A stretch of 64,000 nt of DNA from an uncultured Actinomycetes bacterium (lineage in GTDB: Bacteria; Actinomycetota; UBA4738; HRBIN12), in contig CAVPIB010000001.1 in NCBI GenBank assembly GCA_963704885.1, forward strand, positions 608,001 to 672,000, written 5' to 3'. Positions 18,382-28,333 of the stretch are shown here, in pieces. The notes under the pieces are model-generated. The model saw nothing but the letters and a program-made list of their open reading frames with translations, ran no database searches and had not been told where the DNA came from. The translations under genes and the position numbers were made by a program. Position 1 is the first letter of the stretch, and each line of letters starts with the position of its first letter.

Positions 18382-20025
18382 TCAAGGAACGCCGTAGCGG
18401 TTAGTGATGGGCAGGCGGCGGTCGCGTCCGAATGCCTTCGGCGTGATCTTCACCCCGGGAGCGGCCTGCCGCCGCTTGTACTCGGCGCGATCGATCATCC
18501 GCGTCACGAGCTCCACCGTCGCCCGGTCGAACCCCCGGGCGACGATGGCGTCCGCATCCAGATCGTCCTCGACGTAGGCCTCGATGATCGGATCGAGCAC
18601 GTCGTACGGCGGCAGCGAATCGGTATCGAGCTGATCCGGCCTGAGCTCGGCGGACGGAGGCTTGGTCATGATCCGCTCGGGGATAGGAGCGTTCGCCGGG
18701 TCGCGCGCGTTCCTCCACGCGCACACCTCGTACACGAGCGTCTTGGGAACGTCTTTGATGGGCGCGAAACCCCCGGCCATGTCGCCGTAGAGGGTCGCGT
18801 ATCCAACCGCGTACTCGCTCTTGTTCCCCGTTGCCAAGACGAGGGATCCGAACTTGTTCGACAGCGCCATCAGCAGGTTGCCGCGGATGCGAGCTTGCAG
18901 GTTCTCCTCGGCGACGCCTTCATCAGTGCCGGCGAACAACTCGGTGAGCGTCCGCCCGTACGCGTCGAAGGCGTCGGTGATCGGCACGGTGTCGATCCTG
19001 ACGCCCAGACGCTGAGCGCAGTCCACCGCGTCCTCGACACTCTCGGGCGAGGAGTACGGAGAGGGCATCGCGAGCACCCTGACGGAGTCTGGGCCGAGGG
19101 CGTCGGTGGCCAGGGTCGCGACGAGCGCCGAATCGATCCCTCCGGACAGCCCGATCACGACCTCGCGGAAGCCGTTCTTCCGGACGTAATCGGCGAGCGC
19201 GAGGACCAGCGCCCGGTACACCTCCTCGGGCCCGGTCGGCCAGGTCGGAGGCGGCTCTGCGAAACCAACCGACCACCGACCACCGCCTTCGAGTTCCTGA
19301 AGTTCGCAGAACGCGAGCTCTTCTTCGAACATCGCAGCTCGGGCGACGATCTGACCGTCGGGCGAAACGACCATCGAGCCGCCGTCGAACACCAGCTCGT
19401 CCTGTCCGCCGACCGCGTTCACGTACACGAACCATGCGCCCGTCTGCATCGCTCTGTCGCGACAGATCTCCAACCGTTCCGCGCCTTTGCCGTGGTGGTA
19501 GGGAGACCCGTTGATGTTCAGGATCATCTGTGGGTGCGAACGTGCGTACTCGTCGAACGGCGCGTCGCCGTGCCAGGCGTCTTCGCAGATGGACAGGCCG
19601 AGCTCCGAGGATCCCAGTCGGATAGAGCACGTCGCTGTTCCCGGCACGAAGTAGCGCTTCTCGTCGAACACGCCGAAGTTCGGGAGCTGGATCTTGTGGT
19701 AGCGCTCATCGACTTGGCCATCTCGCAGCAACGCGGCCGCGTTGTGCAGGCCCCGCTCCGAGCGGTCCACGAACCCGACCACCACCGCGCACGACGATCC
19801 GGTTGTCGAGGCGGCGAGCGCGTCGAGCGCGGCGAGGTTGTCCTGGATGAAGCTCGGGCGGAGCACCAGATCCTCGGGCGGATAGCCGGTGATCGCCAGC
19901 TCCGGAAAACAGATCAGGTCGGCGCCGGCGTCGGCTGCCCGGGTCGTCCACTCGACCATCCGCTCGACGTTCCCATCGAGGTCGCCGACCGTCGTGTTCA
20001 GCTGGCCAAGCGCTACACGGACCAC
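18382..20025 (-). CDS. nadE: Glutamine-dependent NAD+ synthetase
   Basis: Nitrilase domain (FPEL, ICED) plus SGGIDS, ENLQARIRG, TGNKSE, PPSAEL. Confidence 0.96.
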   Translation of the reverse strand: MVRVALGQLNTTVGDLDGNVERMVEWTTRAADAGADLICFPELAITGYPPEDLVLRPSFIQDNLAALDALAASTTGSSCAVVVGFVDRSERGLHNAAALLRDGQVDERYHKIQLPNFGVFDEKRYFVPGTATCSIRLGSSELGLSICEDAWHGDAPFDEYARSHPQMILNINGSPYHHGKGAERLEICRDRAMQTGAWFVYVNAVGGQDELVFDGGSMVVSPDGQIVARAAMFEEELAFCELQELEGGGRWSVGFAEPPPTWPTGPEEVYRALVLALADYVRKNGFREVVIGLSGGIDSALVATLATDALGPDSVRVLAMPSPYSSPESVEDAVDCAQRLGVRIDTVPITDAFDAYGRTLTELFAGTDEGVAEENLQARIRGNLLMALSNKFGSLVLATGNKSEYAVGYATLYGDMAGGFAPIKDVPKTLVYEVCAWRNARDPANAPIPERIMTKPPSAELRPDQLDTDSLPPYDVLDPIIEAYVEDDLDADAIVARGFDRATVELVTRMIDRAEYKRRQAAPGVKITPKAFGRDRRLPITNRYGVP

Positions 20026-20068
20026 GACGGAAGCCTACGCGACGGGGCCGATCGCCCTGGAGCGGGGG

Positions 20069-20539
20069 TTACCCGGGTCCACCGATGTCGACGGTGTACG
20101 CCTCCCAGACCAGGTCCGCGCCCTTCTGCCGATGGCGAACCACGCTGCCCATCATGCGCTGGAGATCGTCGCGTGCCTTGTCGAGGGGCCAGTCGTCGGA
20201 TCCGACGTCGCCGGCCTCGAGCCGCGCCAGGAGCTCGGCAACGGAGGCAGCTATCGTTGGGTGCTCCTCCTTGAGCCGGGCGACCGTACCTACCAGTCGT
20301 GGGGCCCGCTCCATGATCTCCTCGTAGAGGCCGGCCGGCTTCTCGGTAACGATCACGTGCTGATCGAACGCGTCACGGACGCCGACCATGTCCTTCGTGA
20401 CCTGGGCCCCCCAGTCATCAACGCGGCCTGCGGCCGGGGAGCTGGTCGCCATCTCCAGCTGCACGATCGCATCGTGCAGGGTCTGGCGGCGCTTCCGCGC
20501 CTCTCCGAGGGCCGGGGTCAGTCCGTGATCGGGCTCCAT
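20069..20539 (-). CDS. Hemerythrin-like four-helix protein
   Basis: Helical protein with spaced His (DQHVIVTE, KEEH, RHRQ); leaderless TAGAGT-N6-ATG. Confidence 0.55.
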   Translation of the reverse strand: MEPDHGLTPALGEARKRRQTLHDAIVQLEMATSSPAAGRVDDWGAQVTKDMVGVRDAFDQHVIVTEKPAGLYEEIMERAPRLVGTVARLKEEHPTIAASVAELLARLEAGDVGSDDWPLDKARDDLQRMMGSVVRHRQKGADLVWEAYTVDIGGPG

Positions 20540-20613
20540 CGCGACACTCTACGGGCCCGTCACGATCCGGCGCAAACCGCCAGGGAGCTCCCGGTGCGAT
20601 ATGTTCACGCCCG

Positions 20614-20967
20614 ATGTCGTCCGTGAGTAGAGCCGGAGTCTCCCTCGTCCTCGCTGTGGTTCTGGCCTTCGTTATAGGAGGCTCCGCGCAAGCGGCGCCG
20701 GTCATCCGGGGGAGCGGTGTGAGATGGACCCCTTCGATCGTCACGGTGTCCCGCGGGTCACTCGTGCGTTGGCGTGGGGTGCTCGGGTATCACGACGTCG
20801 TGTCGTACGGTCGCAACTGGCGGTTCAACGAGGCACTCCCGGTCGGCACGATGGTCAGGAAGCGGTTCCGGAACTCAGGCAGGTATCGGTTCCGCTGCAC
20901 CTACCACTCGACGCTGATCGGCAACACGTGCAACGGGATGTGCGGCCGCGTGGTCGTCAGGTCCTGA
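20614..20967 (+). CDS. Secreted cupredoxin/plastocyanin-like protein
   Basis: Signal peptide; HDVV, GRYRFRCTYH...GMCGRVVV type-1 copper ligand pattern. Confidence 0.75.
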   Translation: MSSVSRAGVSLVLAVVLAFVIGGSAQAAPVIRGSGVRWTPSIVTVSRGSLVRWRGVLGYHDVVSYGRNWRFNEALPVGTMVRKRFRNSGRYRFRCTYHSTLIGNTCNGMCGRVVVRS

Positions 20968-21112
20968 CCGCACTGATCGCTTCGAGTCGCCCGTGCGTAC
21001 CACCCTCCTAGGACGAGGCAACAGGGGCCCGCAAGCGTCGGACGTCGCCCACGACGCGCCGCCTGGGTCGCGGCTAGACTCCCGATGCGGATCCCGCCCC
21101 GGAGGTCACCCC

Positions 21113-24100
21113 GTGCCTGAGCGTCCCATCGAACTTGCCTCGGTCCTTGGGCCGTACATCCCGCGACTCCTCGCCGAATGGGTTGCCGAAGCGCCAGGAA
21201 CAACGCTCCGCACGATCGACGGGACGATGGTGTTCGTCGACATCTCTGGTTTCACGAAGATGTCCGAGCGATTGGCTCGAACGGGGAAGGTCGGGGCCGA
21301 GGAGGTCACCGACGTCATCGGGTCTGTGTTCGCCTCGCTCCTCGCTCTCGCCTACGGCGCTGGCGGTGGGCTGATCAAGTTCGGTGGAGACGCGCTCCTG
21401 CTCTTCTTCTATGGAGAGGATCATGAGCGAAGAGGAGCGCAGGCGGCCGTGGGCATGCGGAAGGCGCTTCGCGACATCGGTCCCATCCCGACCTCCGCCG
21501 GGAAGGTCACGTTGAGGATGTCGATCGGCATCCATCGAGGGACGTTCCACTTCTTCCTCGTGGGGGACTCGCATCGGGAGTTGATGATCACGGGTCCGGC
21601 GGCCACCGAGACCGCGTCGATGGAGGGCCTGGCTTCGGCTGGCGAGATCCTGATCAGCAGCGCCATGGCCGAACTCCTTCCCGAAGCAGTTGTCGGGAAT
21701 CCCAAGGGCGATGGCTTCCTGCTCAGGAGCGCGCCCCTTGGGCTGCCGCGCGACGTCGCGGCTCCCGAGCCGATCCTGGAAGGGGTCGACCTGCTGTCCC
21801 ACATCCCTCACGCGATCCGGGAGCACGTGCTGTCGGGCCAGGGGGATCCCGAGCATCGACGGGTGACTGTGGCGTTCATCCATTTCGACGGCATCGATCG
21901 TCTGGTGAGCGATCTCGGCTCCGACGTCGTCGCGTATGGGCTCGACCATCTCGTGAGCGAGGTGCAGTCGGCTAGCGAGAAGAACGGCGTTACGTTCCTG
22001 GGGACCGACGTCGACAAGGACGGGGGCAAGATCATCCTGGTGTCGGGCGCGCCGCAGGCTCTGGGCGACGACGAAGAGCGGATGCTTCTGACCCTGCGCT
22101 CGATCGTCGACGCCGAGACGACGATCCCGGTTCGGATCGGCGTGAACAGCGGCCCGGTCTTCGTCGGCGACGTCGGCCCGCCGTACCGCCGCACCTACAC
22201 GGTGATGGGCGACGCGGTCAACCTCGCGGCCCGGGTTATGTCCAAGGCCGCGCCGGGCGAGATCCTCGCCACCGAGCCGGTGCTCGAGGCCTCTGGGGTT
22301 CGGTTCGAGACCGAGGCCCTCGAGCCGTTCATGGTCAAGGGCAAGAAGCACCCCGTGGTGGCGCGCCGGGTCGGCAAGATCCTCGGCAGCAGCCGCACCG
22401 AAGTCTTGGCCGACCTCCCGCTCGTGGGGCGTAAGCGCGAGCTCGACGTCTTGAGGTCGACGCTCGATCGAACGCGTGAGGGTCGGGGGACGCTGGTCGA
22501 GGTGACCGGTGATGCGGGCGTCGGGAAGAGTCGCCTGCTCCATGAGCTTCACAGTGAGACGGCCGAGGTCCCCTGGCACGCGGTCGCCTGCGAGCCGTAC
22601 GAGGCGTCGACGCCATACTTCCCTTTCCGACCGCTGCTCCGGGCGCTCCTGGGGATCTCCGAAGACCTCGGTCATGATCAGGCGGTCACCGTCTTCGCGG
22701 CACGGGTGCAGCAGGCCTGTCCGGAGCTGACTCCGTGGCTCCCGCTGCTGGCGCTCCCTTTGGACCTGGAGATCGCCGACACACCCGAGGTCGCGGCCCT
22801 GGAAGAACGCTTCAGGCGTGAACGGATGGAGGGGGCGATCGGCGACCTCCTCGTGGAGTTCGGCGGCGGCCCCGCCGTGGCCGTGATCGAGGATGCGCAG
22901 TGGATGGACGACGCGTCTAGCGACCTCCTGGAGGCCGTCGCCGCTCGGATGGATGAGCTCCCGTTGATGGTCGTGGTGGCCCGGCGCGAGGGAGCTCCGC
23001 GGCGGGAACAGGAAGTCGAGGGTGAGGGAGACCACCGGGTACAGCTGGAGCTTGGACCGCTCTCCGTGGAGGACGCTGTCAGCCTGATCCATGAGGCGAC
23101 GGAGCAGTATCCGCTCACGCCCCATACGGTCGAGGCGCTCGCGCACCGATCGGGGGGGAGCCCCCGTTTCCTGAAAGCGATGCTCTACGAGGTCATCCGA
23201 TCAGGCGGCACGATCGACCAGCTCCCTAGCTCGGTCGAGGGCGTGGTGATGATGCAGATCGACCGACTGGCGCCCAAGGACCGCACACGTCTTCGGTACC
23301 TCTCCGTGCTCGGCATGAGCTTCGACCAAGACCTGGTCGGCCGGGTGCTGGAGGAGGAGGGCCTGGAGACCGACCTCGCAACGGAAGTCTTCGAGGGACT
23401 GCTCGAGCCGGATGGCCGGGGAGGGTTCCGGTTCCGCAACGGGCTCGTCCGCGACGTGGCCTACGAGAGCCTCCCCTTCCGTCGCCGGCGGGAACTGCAT
23501 GCTCGCGTCGGAGAGGCGATCGAGGCCGAGGCTGGGGACGATGCCGACGACATCGCCGAGATCCTGTCCCTCCACTACTTCTACGCGCAGCGGTTCGAGG
23601 ACGCCTGGCGGTTCTCGAGGGTGGCTGCGCAGCAGGCTTCCGAGATCTACGCGAACGTGGAGGCCCGCGACTTCTTCGTTCGCGCGCTCGACGCCGCCGA
23701 CCGTCTGCCGGCGCTTGACCCGAGCGAGCACGCGGCCGCGAGCGAGGCGCTCGGCGACGTGCGGATGCGCCTCGGGGAATTCCGGGGAGCCGAGCAAGCC
23801 TATCGGCGGGCCCGACAGCGTCTCGCAGGAGAGCGGTTGGCGCAGGCGCGCCTGTTGCTCAAGGAGGCGCTCGTCTCCGACTTCGAGGGACGTTATCCGA
23901 CTGCGCTGCGGACCCTCTCGCGCGGCACACGCCTGTTGGGAGATGGGGCGGATCCGTCGATCGCGGGGCTGCGCGCGCAGTTGGCCGCGCACTACGCGGG
24001 GATCCGGTGGGCCCAAGGACGCAATCACGAGGCCATCCGTTGGTGTCGTGACGCGCTCGCCGACGGCGAGGCGGCGGGTGAGCTCGATGCCACCGCGCAT

Positions 24101-24946
24101 GCCCTCTATGTCCTGGACGTCGCTGAGCACTCCCTGGGCGTCTCCAAAGGCGGGACCTACTCGAAGCAGGCCCTCGGGCTCTACGAACAACTCGGTGACT
24201 TCGCGAAACAGGGCCTCGTCATGACGAACCTCGGCTACTTCGCCTACTTCCAAGGGAGATGGGACGAAGCCGTGGACTGGTACGAGCGAGCCCGCGATGT
24301 CCTACTCCGCACCGGCAACGTCGTGGATGCCGCATTCGATGAGTCGAACATCGGGGAGGTCCTCGTCTTCCAAGGTCGTCTGGAGGAGGCGGCGACACAG
24401 CTTCGGGACGCACTCCGCATCTTCAAAGCCTCAGGCGTACGACCCCAAGAGGTGTTCGTCCTGACGCTGCTCGCGGCGACCGCGTCGCGGGCTGGAAGTT
24501 TCGAGGAGGCGGCGGGCATGTTCGACGATGCAGAGGCGCTCGTCCGCGAGGTCGGTGAGCCCGATCTCGCCGCGGGTGTTGCGGGGATGCGGGCGGAGTC
24601 CTTGATCCTCCAGGGACGCCCCAGCGAAGCCCTGCCGGTGAACGATGAGCTGCTGTCGTCGCTCCCGGCCGCGCACGCGTACGTGCCCTGGTTGCTACGC
24701 AATCGTGGCTACGCGCTGGCTCAGTTCAACGATCGGGCCGAAGCTGAGACGACTCTCCGAGAGAGTCTGGCGGCCGCACGCTCCCTCGGAGCCGACCACG
24801 ACGTAGCCTTCGCGCTCGCGGCCTTCCTCCGGTGCAACTTGTCCGACGGCCGATCGGCCGAAGAGATGCGGCGCGAGCGGGAAGAACTGGACCGCTCGCT
24901 GGGCATCGTCGACGTCCCCGACGTTCCCCTGCCGGCACCCATATAG
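21113..24946 (+). CDS. Tandem class III adenylate/guanylate cyclase - STAND/AAA ATPase - TPR protein (sAC-like)
   Basis: FVDISGFT, KFGGDA, second domain MGDAVNLAAR, P-loop GDAGVGKS, TPR-like C-terminus; GGAGG before GTG 21113. Confidence 0.9.
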   Translation: MPERPIELASVLGPYIPRLLAEWVAEAPGTTLRTIDGTMVFVDISGFTKMSERLARTGKVGAEEVTDVIGSVFASLLALAYGAGGGLIKFGGDALLLFFYGEDHERRGAQAAVGMRKALRDIGPIPTSAGKVTLRMSIGIHRGTFHFFLVGDSHRELMITGPAATETASMEGLASAGEILISSAMAELLPEAVVGNPKGDGFLLRSAPLGLPRDVAAPEPILEGVDLLSHIPHAIREHVLSGQGDPEHRRVTVAFIHFDGIDRLVSDLGSDVVAYGLDHLVSEVQSASEKNGVTFLGTDVDKDGGKIILVSGAPQALGDDEERMLLTLRSIVDAETTIPVRIGVNSGPVFVGDVGPPYRRTYTVMGDAVNLAARVMSKAAPGEILATEPVLEASGVRFETEALEPFMVKGKKHPVVARRVGKILGSSRTEVLADLPLVGRKRELDVLRSTLDRTREGRGTLVEVTGDAGVGKSRLLHELHSETAEVPWHAVACEPYEASTPYFPFRPLLRALLGISEDLGHDQAVTVFAARVQQACPELTPWLPLLALPLDLEIADTPEVAALEERFRRERMEGAIGDLLVEFGGGPAVAVIEDAQWMDDASSDLLEAVAARMDELPLMVVVARREGAPRREQEVEGEGDHRVQLELGPLSVEDAVSLIHEATEQYPLTPHTVEALAHRSGGSPRFLKAMLYEVIRSGGTIDQLPSSVEGVVMMQIDRLAPKDRTRLRYLSVLGMSFDQDLVGRVLEEEGLETDLATEVFEGLLEPDGRGGFRFRNGLVRDVAYESLPFRRRRELHARVGEAIEAEAGDDADDIAEILSLHYFYAQRFEDAWRFSRVAAQQASEIYANVEARDFFVRALDAADRLPALDPSEHAAASEALGDVRMRLGEFRGAEQAYRRARQRLAGERLAQARLLLKEALVSDFEGRYPTALRTLSRGTRLLGDGADPSIAGLRAQLAAHYAGIRWAQGRNHEAIRWCRDALADGEAAGELDATAHALYVLDVAEHSLGVSKGGTYSKQALGLYEQLGDFAKQGLVMTNLGYFAYFQGRWDEAVDWYERARDVLLRTGNVVDAAFDESNIGEVLVFQGRLEEAATQLRDALRIFKASGVRPQEVFVLTLLAATASRAGSFEEAAGMFDDAEALVREVGEPDLAAGVAGMRAESLILQGRPSEALPVNDELLSSLPAAHAYVPWLLRNRGYALAQFNDRAEAETTLRESLAAARSLGADHDVAFALAAFLRCNLSDGRSAEEMRREREELDRSLGIVDVPDVPLPAPI

Positions 24947-24950
24947 AGTG

Positions 24951-24985
24951 CCGTCCGAGCCGCCGGGATCCGGCGGCTCGGACGG
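24951..24985. terminator. Perfect 16-bp hairpin between convergent genes
   Basis: CCGTCCGAGCCGCCGG-GAT-CCGGCGGCTCGGACGG. Confidence 0.7.
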
Positions 24986-24992
24986 AAACGAA

Positions 24993-26285
24993 CTAGTGCC
25001 TCGCACGCGGGTCCAACGAGTCCATGTACAGGCGTGAGCGCAATGTCGCGGTCGTATCCATCGGACCCGTGAACTCGACCGACTCCGTCACGCAGGGCTC
25101 GGTCCCATCGGGTCGATCGAAGCCATCCGTGATGTAGTTGCAAAGCGGGACGGTGTCGACGGATTCATCCTCGGGCGGCCCGCTCGTCTTGCAGAAGGGG
25201 ACCGGACCTCCGACAGGGAGATCGATCGTGTCTATGAACTCCACGACTATCACGCCGGTCCCGGTGGGGATGATCGTCACAGTGCCGGCGATGTCGTTCG
25301 TTACGCCCGAGCAGTCCAGCTGGTTCGTCTCGATGACGAGGATGGTGCCGGCCGGGGCGCTGACCGTCGATCCGTTGGGGAACGTCGCGGTGCAATCCGT
25401 GCAACTGCTATCCGTGTTGGTGATCGCGAACTCATCACTGTCGGCTGACGCCGCCCCGGCTACGGCATGCAGCGTGAAGCCAGAGCTCGTCGTATCGATC
25501 GTCAGGTCCGTGAACGTCGCGACACCGAAAACCGTCCCTTGCGTCTTCGTGCCACCGAGCTCGGCCGACCCCGAGGGGTCTACCCCGATCGACATCGTCA
25601 CCAGGGTCCCGTCGGCCACCAGGTTGCCGTCGACGTCCTCAACTGTCACCTCGACGCCGCCCCCAAACTCGCCAGCGATCGGTTGGGTCTTGAGTGTGTC
25701 CGTCGGTTGGTTGGTGAAGGCCATCGAAGCCGGAGGTCCGATACAGGAACCCACGTACACCTTCGGGCTGGAGGCGCCGCTGGCGAGGGAGAATCCGCTT
25801 CCGAAGAACAGGGTGCCCTGCCATGCGTTCGTCGACCACGTCCTGTCTCCGGCAGAGGAAGGAGTCGCGGCGGTGAAGGTCACGCTGACCGACTCACCCG
25901 GCGCGAGAGCGCTGCTGGAGCTCGTAGCCCGGAGGTAGATGCCGTCCGCATCGAGCACGTCGGGGATCGCCTGCCATGACTTGGCCGGGTTGGACACGAC
26001 CGGTGTGGAGAATGAGCCAGAGTAGATGTTGTGGAAGTTCGCCACGGTGCTATGGAACAGCGCTGACCCGAGCGTCCGGTTGCTCGTTGAGTCGTTGGTG
26101 ATCGTCGCCGTGAATTGCACGTCGCTCGACGTCGGGACGCAGGTCGGGGTGATCGACGGCACGTACTTTCGCACCGAGGGAGTGGAGGCGTCGGCGATGC
26201 CGCCGAGCAGCGACCCGAGGATGAAGACGGCTGCGACGACGGCGATGCCGGACCTGCGGGACCTGCGGATCGGTGCGTGACTCAT
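24993..26285 (-). CDS. Secreted Ser/Thr-rich protein with Ig-like domains
   Basis: Signal peptide; LAPGESVSVTF, FTNQP, GVATFTDLTI; several Cys. Confidence 0.7.
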   Translation of the reverse strand: MSHAPIRRSRRSGIAVVAAVFILGSLLGGIADASTPSVRKYVPSITPTCVPTSSDVQFTATITNDSTSNRTLGSALFHSTVANFHNIYSGSFSTPVVSNPAKSWQAIPDVLDADGIYLRATSSSSALAPGESVSVTFTAATPSSAGDRTWSTNAWQGTLFFGSGFSLASGASSPKVYVGSCIGPPASMAFTNQPTDTLKTQPIAGEFGGGVEVTVEDVDGNLVADGTLVTMSIGVDPSGSAELGGTKTQGTVFGVATFTDLTIDTTSSGFTLHAVAGAASADSDEFAITNTDSSCTDCTATFPNGSTVSAPAGTILVIETNQLDCSGVTNDIAGTVTIIPTGTGVIVVEFIDTIDLPVGGPVPFCKTSGPPEDESVDTVPLCNYITDGFDRPDGTEPCVTESVEFTGPMDTTATLRSRLYMDSLDPRARH

Positions 26286-26400
26286 CTGATCGCTCTCCTT
26301 CTTTCTGCGCGGTCGGTCGGGGCATCACTGTCCCTCCAAAGGGTGTCGGTAGTCAAATGCATCAAAGGCATCGGACCTAAGTCGAAGGTCGCCGAAACGG

Positions 26401-26443
26401 CCCGGTGATCTCATACCCCGGTGATCTCATATATGACACCGGG
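26401..26443. repeat. 15-bp tandem direct repeat plus partial inverted copy
   Basis: CCCGGTGATCTCATA at 26401 and 26417, then TATGACACCGGG. Confidence 0.75.
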
Positions 26444-26505
26444 CCTCTTCGTACCGGCTCTAGAGCTGGAGCGAGAAGCCGAGATAGGCCGCGGTGCGGA
26501 GGCCC

Positions 26506-27834
26506 TCACAGGATGGGTAGGTAACGTTCGCGTTCGTACTCGGTCACGTATGCCTTGTAGCCGTCCCACTCCTGGCGCTTGTTGCGGATCAAGTACTCGT
26601 GAACGTGCTCGCCGAGCGCGTCGCGGAGAACGTCGGACCCATCCGCCAATACGATCGCGTCGTGGAGGTCCTCGGGCAGGGAGTCGATGCCGGCCACGCG
26701 ACGCTCGTCGGGCTCCATCTCGTAGATGTTGTTCGAGGCCTCGGGCGGCAGCTCGTACTCGCCTTCGATCCCCGCCAGACCGGCGGCGAGCATGGCCGCG
26801 AACGCCAGGTACGGGTTGCACGCCGGGTCTGGGGAGCGGTACTCGATACGTGTGGCCGTCTCCTTCCCCGGCTTGTACATCGGGATACGCACCAGCGCCG
26901 ATCGGTTGCGCCGCGCCCAGCACACGTAGACGGGCGCCTCGAACCCCGGCACGAGGCGCTTGTAGGAGTTCACCCATTGGTTGGTCACCAACGTGATCTC
27001 GGGCGCGTGGCGCAGCAGTCCTGCGATGTATCCCTTCGCCGTCTTCGACAGGTGGTACTCGTCGGTCGCGTCGAAGAACGCGTTGCGGTCGCCTTCGAAC
27101 AGCGACTGATGGGTATGCATGCCGCTGCCGTTGATCCCCGCGATCGGTTTGGGCATGAACGTGGCGTAGATGCCGAATTCCTGCGCGACCTCTTTCACCG
27201 TGAGGCGGTACGACATCACGTTGTCAGCCATGGTGAGCGCGTCGGTGTACCGCAGGTCGATCTCGTGCTGTGAGGGCGCCACCTCGTGGTGCACGTATTC
27301 GACCGGGATCCCCATGGACTCCAGGTATAGGACCGTGCGCTTGCGGTAGTCGGTTGCCACGTCCAGCGGAGTCTCGTCGAAGTACCCGCCCTGATCGAGC
27401 GGCGTCGGATCGTCCACGCTCTTGAAGTAGAAGAACTCGAGCTCGGGACCCACGTAGAACGTGAAGCCCAGGTCGGCGGCGCGCTGCAGCTGGCGCTTCA
27501 ACACGCCACGCGGGTCGCCGTCGAACGGCGTTCCGTCGGGGTCGTAGATGTCGCAGAACATCCGGGCGACCGCCTGCTCGGTCTTCCACGGGATCACCTG
27601 GAACGTGCCGGCGTCTGGGACGGCGATCATGTCCGACTCCTGGATCCGGCTGAACCCCTCGATGGACGAACCGTCGAACCCCATGCCTTCTGTGAACGCG
27701 CCCTCCAGCTCCTGCGAGGTGATCGTGAAGGCCTTCAGGAAACCCAGGACGTCGGTGAACCACAGGCGAACGAACCGGATGCCGCGCTCCTCGACGGTGC
27801 GCAGGACGTATTCGGCTTCGGCTGAAAGGGCCAT
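26506..27834 (-). CDS. glnA2: Glutamine synthetase family protein, GlnA2-like
   Basis: FVRLWFTDVLGFLK, FDGSSIEGF, HHEVAPSQHEIDLRY, FMPKP...NGSGMH, RIEYRSPD. Confidence 0.9.
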   Translation of the reverse strand: MALSAEAEYVLRTVEERGIRFVRLWFTDVLGFLKAFTITSQELEGAFTEGMGFDGSSIEGFSRIQESDMIAVPDAGTFQVIPWKTEQAVARMFCDIYDPDGTPFDGDPRGVLKRQLQRAADLGFTFYVGPELEFFYFKSVDDPTPLDQGGYFDETPLDVATDYRKRTVLYLESMGIPVEYVHHEVAPSQHEIDLRYTDALTMADNVMSYRLTVKEVAQEFGIYATFMPKPIAGINGSGMHTHQSLFEGDRNAFFDATDEYHLSKTAKGYIAGLLRHAPEITLVTNQWVNSYKRLVPGFEAPVYVCWARRNRSALVRIPMYKPGKETATRIEYRSPDPACNPYLAFAAMLAAGLAGIEGEYELPPEASNNIYEMEPDERRVAGIDSLPEDLHDAIVLADGSDVLRDALGEHVHEYLIRNKRQEWDGYKAYVTEYERERYLPIL

Positions 27835-27867
27835 GGGTCGAGGGTAAGTTCGGATCGTGCGGGAACG

Positions 27868-27894
27868 GTTACGCCGCCGTTAACTCTGCGTGTC
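27868..27894 (-). promoter_or_regulatory. GlnR-box-like site in the glnA2/ridA divergent promoter
   Basis: Minus strand GACAC-N6-TTAAC-N6-GTAAC; CGTTAACTCTGCGT identical to the glnA upstream site. Confidence 0.75.
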
Positions 27895-27912
27895 GCGCGA
27901 TAGCATCGCGCG

Positions 27913-28296
27913 ATGGATCGTCGCCTCATCTCCTCGGGCTCGCCATACGAACCGGTGATCGGCTTCTCGCGCGCGGTGGTCGTCGGCGACCGCGTGTTCG
28001 TGTCCGGGACGGGTCCGGTCATGCCCGACGGCGCGGAGTTGCCGCCGGACCCCTACGGCCAGGCCGAGCGCTGCCTGGAGATCATCCTCGAGGCGCTGCG
28101 AGCGGCCGGGGCCGGACCGCAGGATGTGGTCCGCACCCGGACCTACCTGGTGGATGCCGCCGACTGGGAGGAGGTCGGTCGGGCGCATGGAGATGTGTTC
28201 GCCGACGTCAGGCCGGCGAGCACCATGGTCGTGGTGAAGGGGTTCCTCGATCCAAGGTGGCGGGTAGAGATAGAAGCGGACGCGATCTTGGGCTGA
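27913..28296 (+). CDS. RidA/YjgF family protein
   Basis: GFSRAVVVGDRVFVSGT, DVVRTR, RPASTMV, VEIEADA. Confidence 0.9.
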   Translation: MDRRLISSGSPYEPVIGFSRAVVVGDRVFVSGTGPVMPDGAELPPDPYGQAERCLEIILEALRAAGAGPQDVVRTRTYLVDAADWEEVGRAHGDVFADVRPASTMVVVKGFLDPRWRVEIEADAILG

Positions 28297-28333
28297 GCCC
28301 CCAGCCACAGCGTCCAGCCGCTACGGTTCACCC

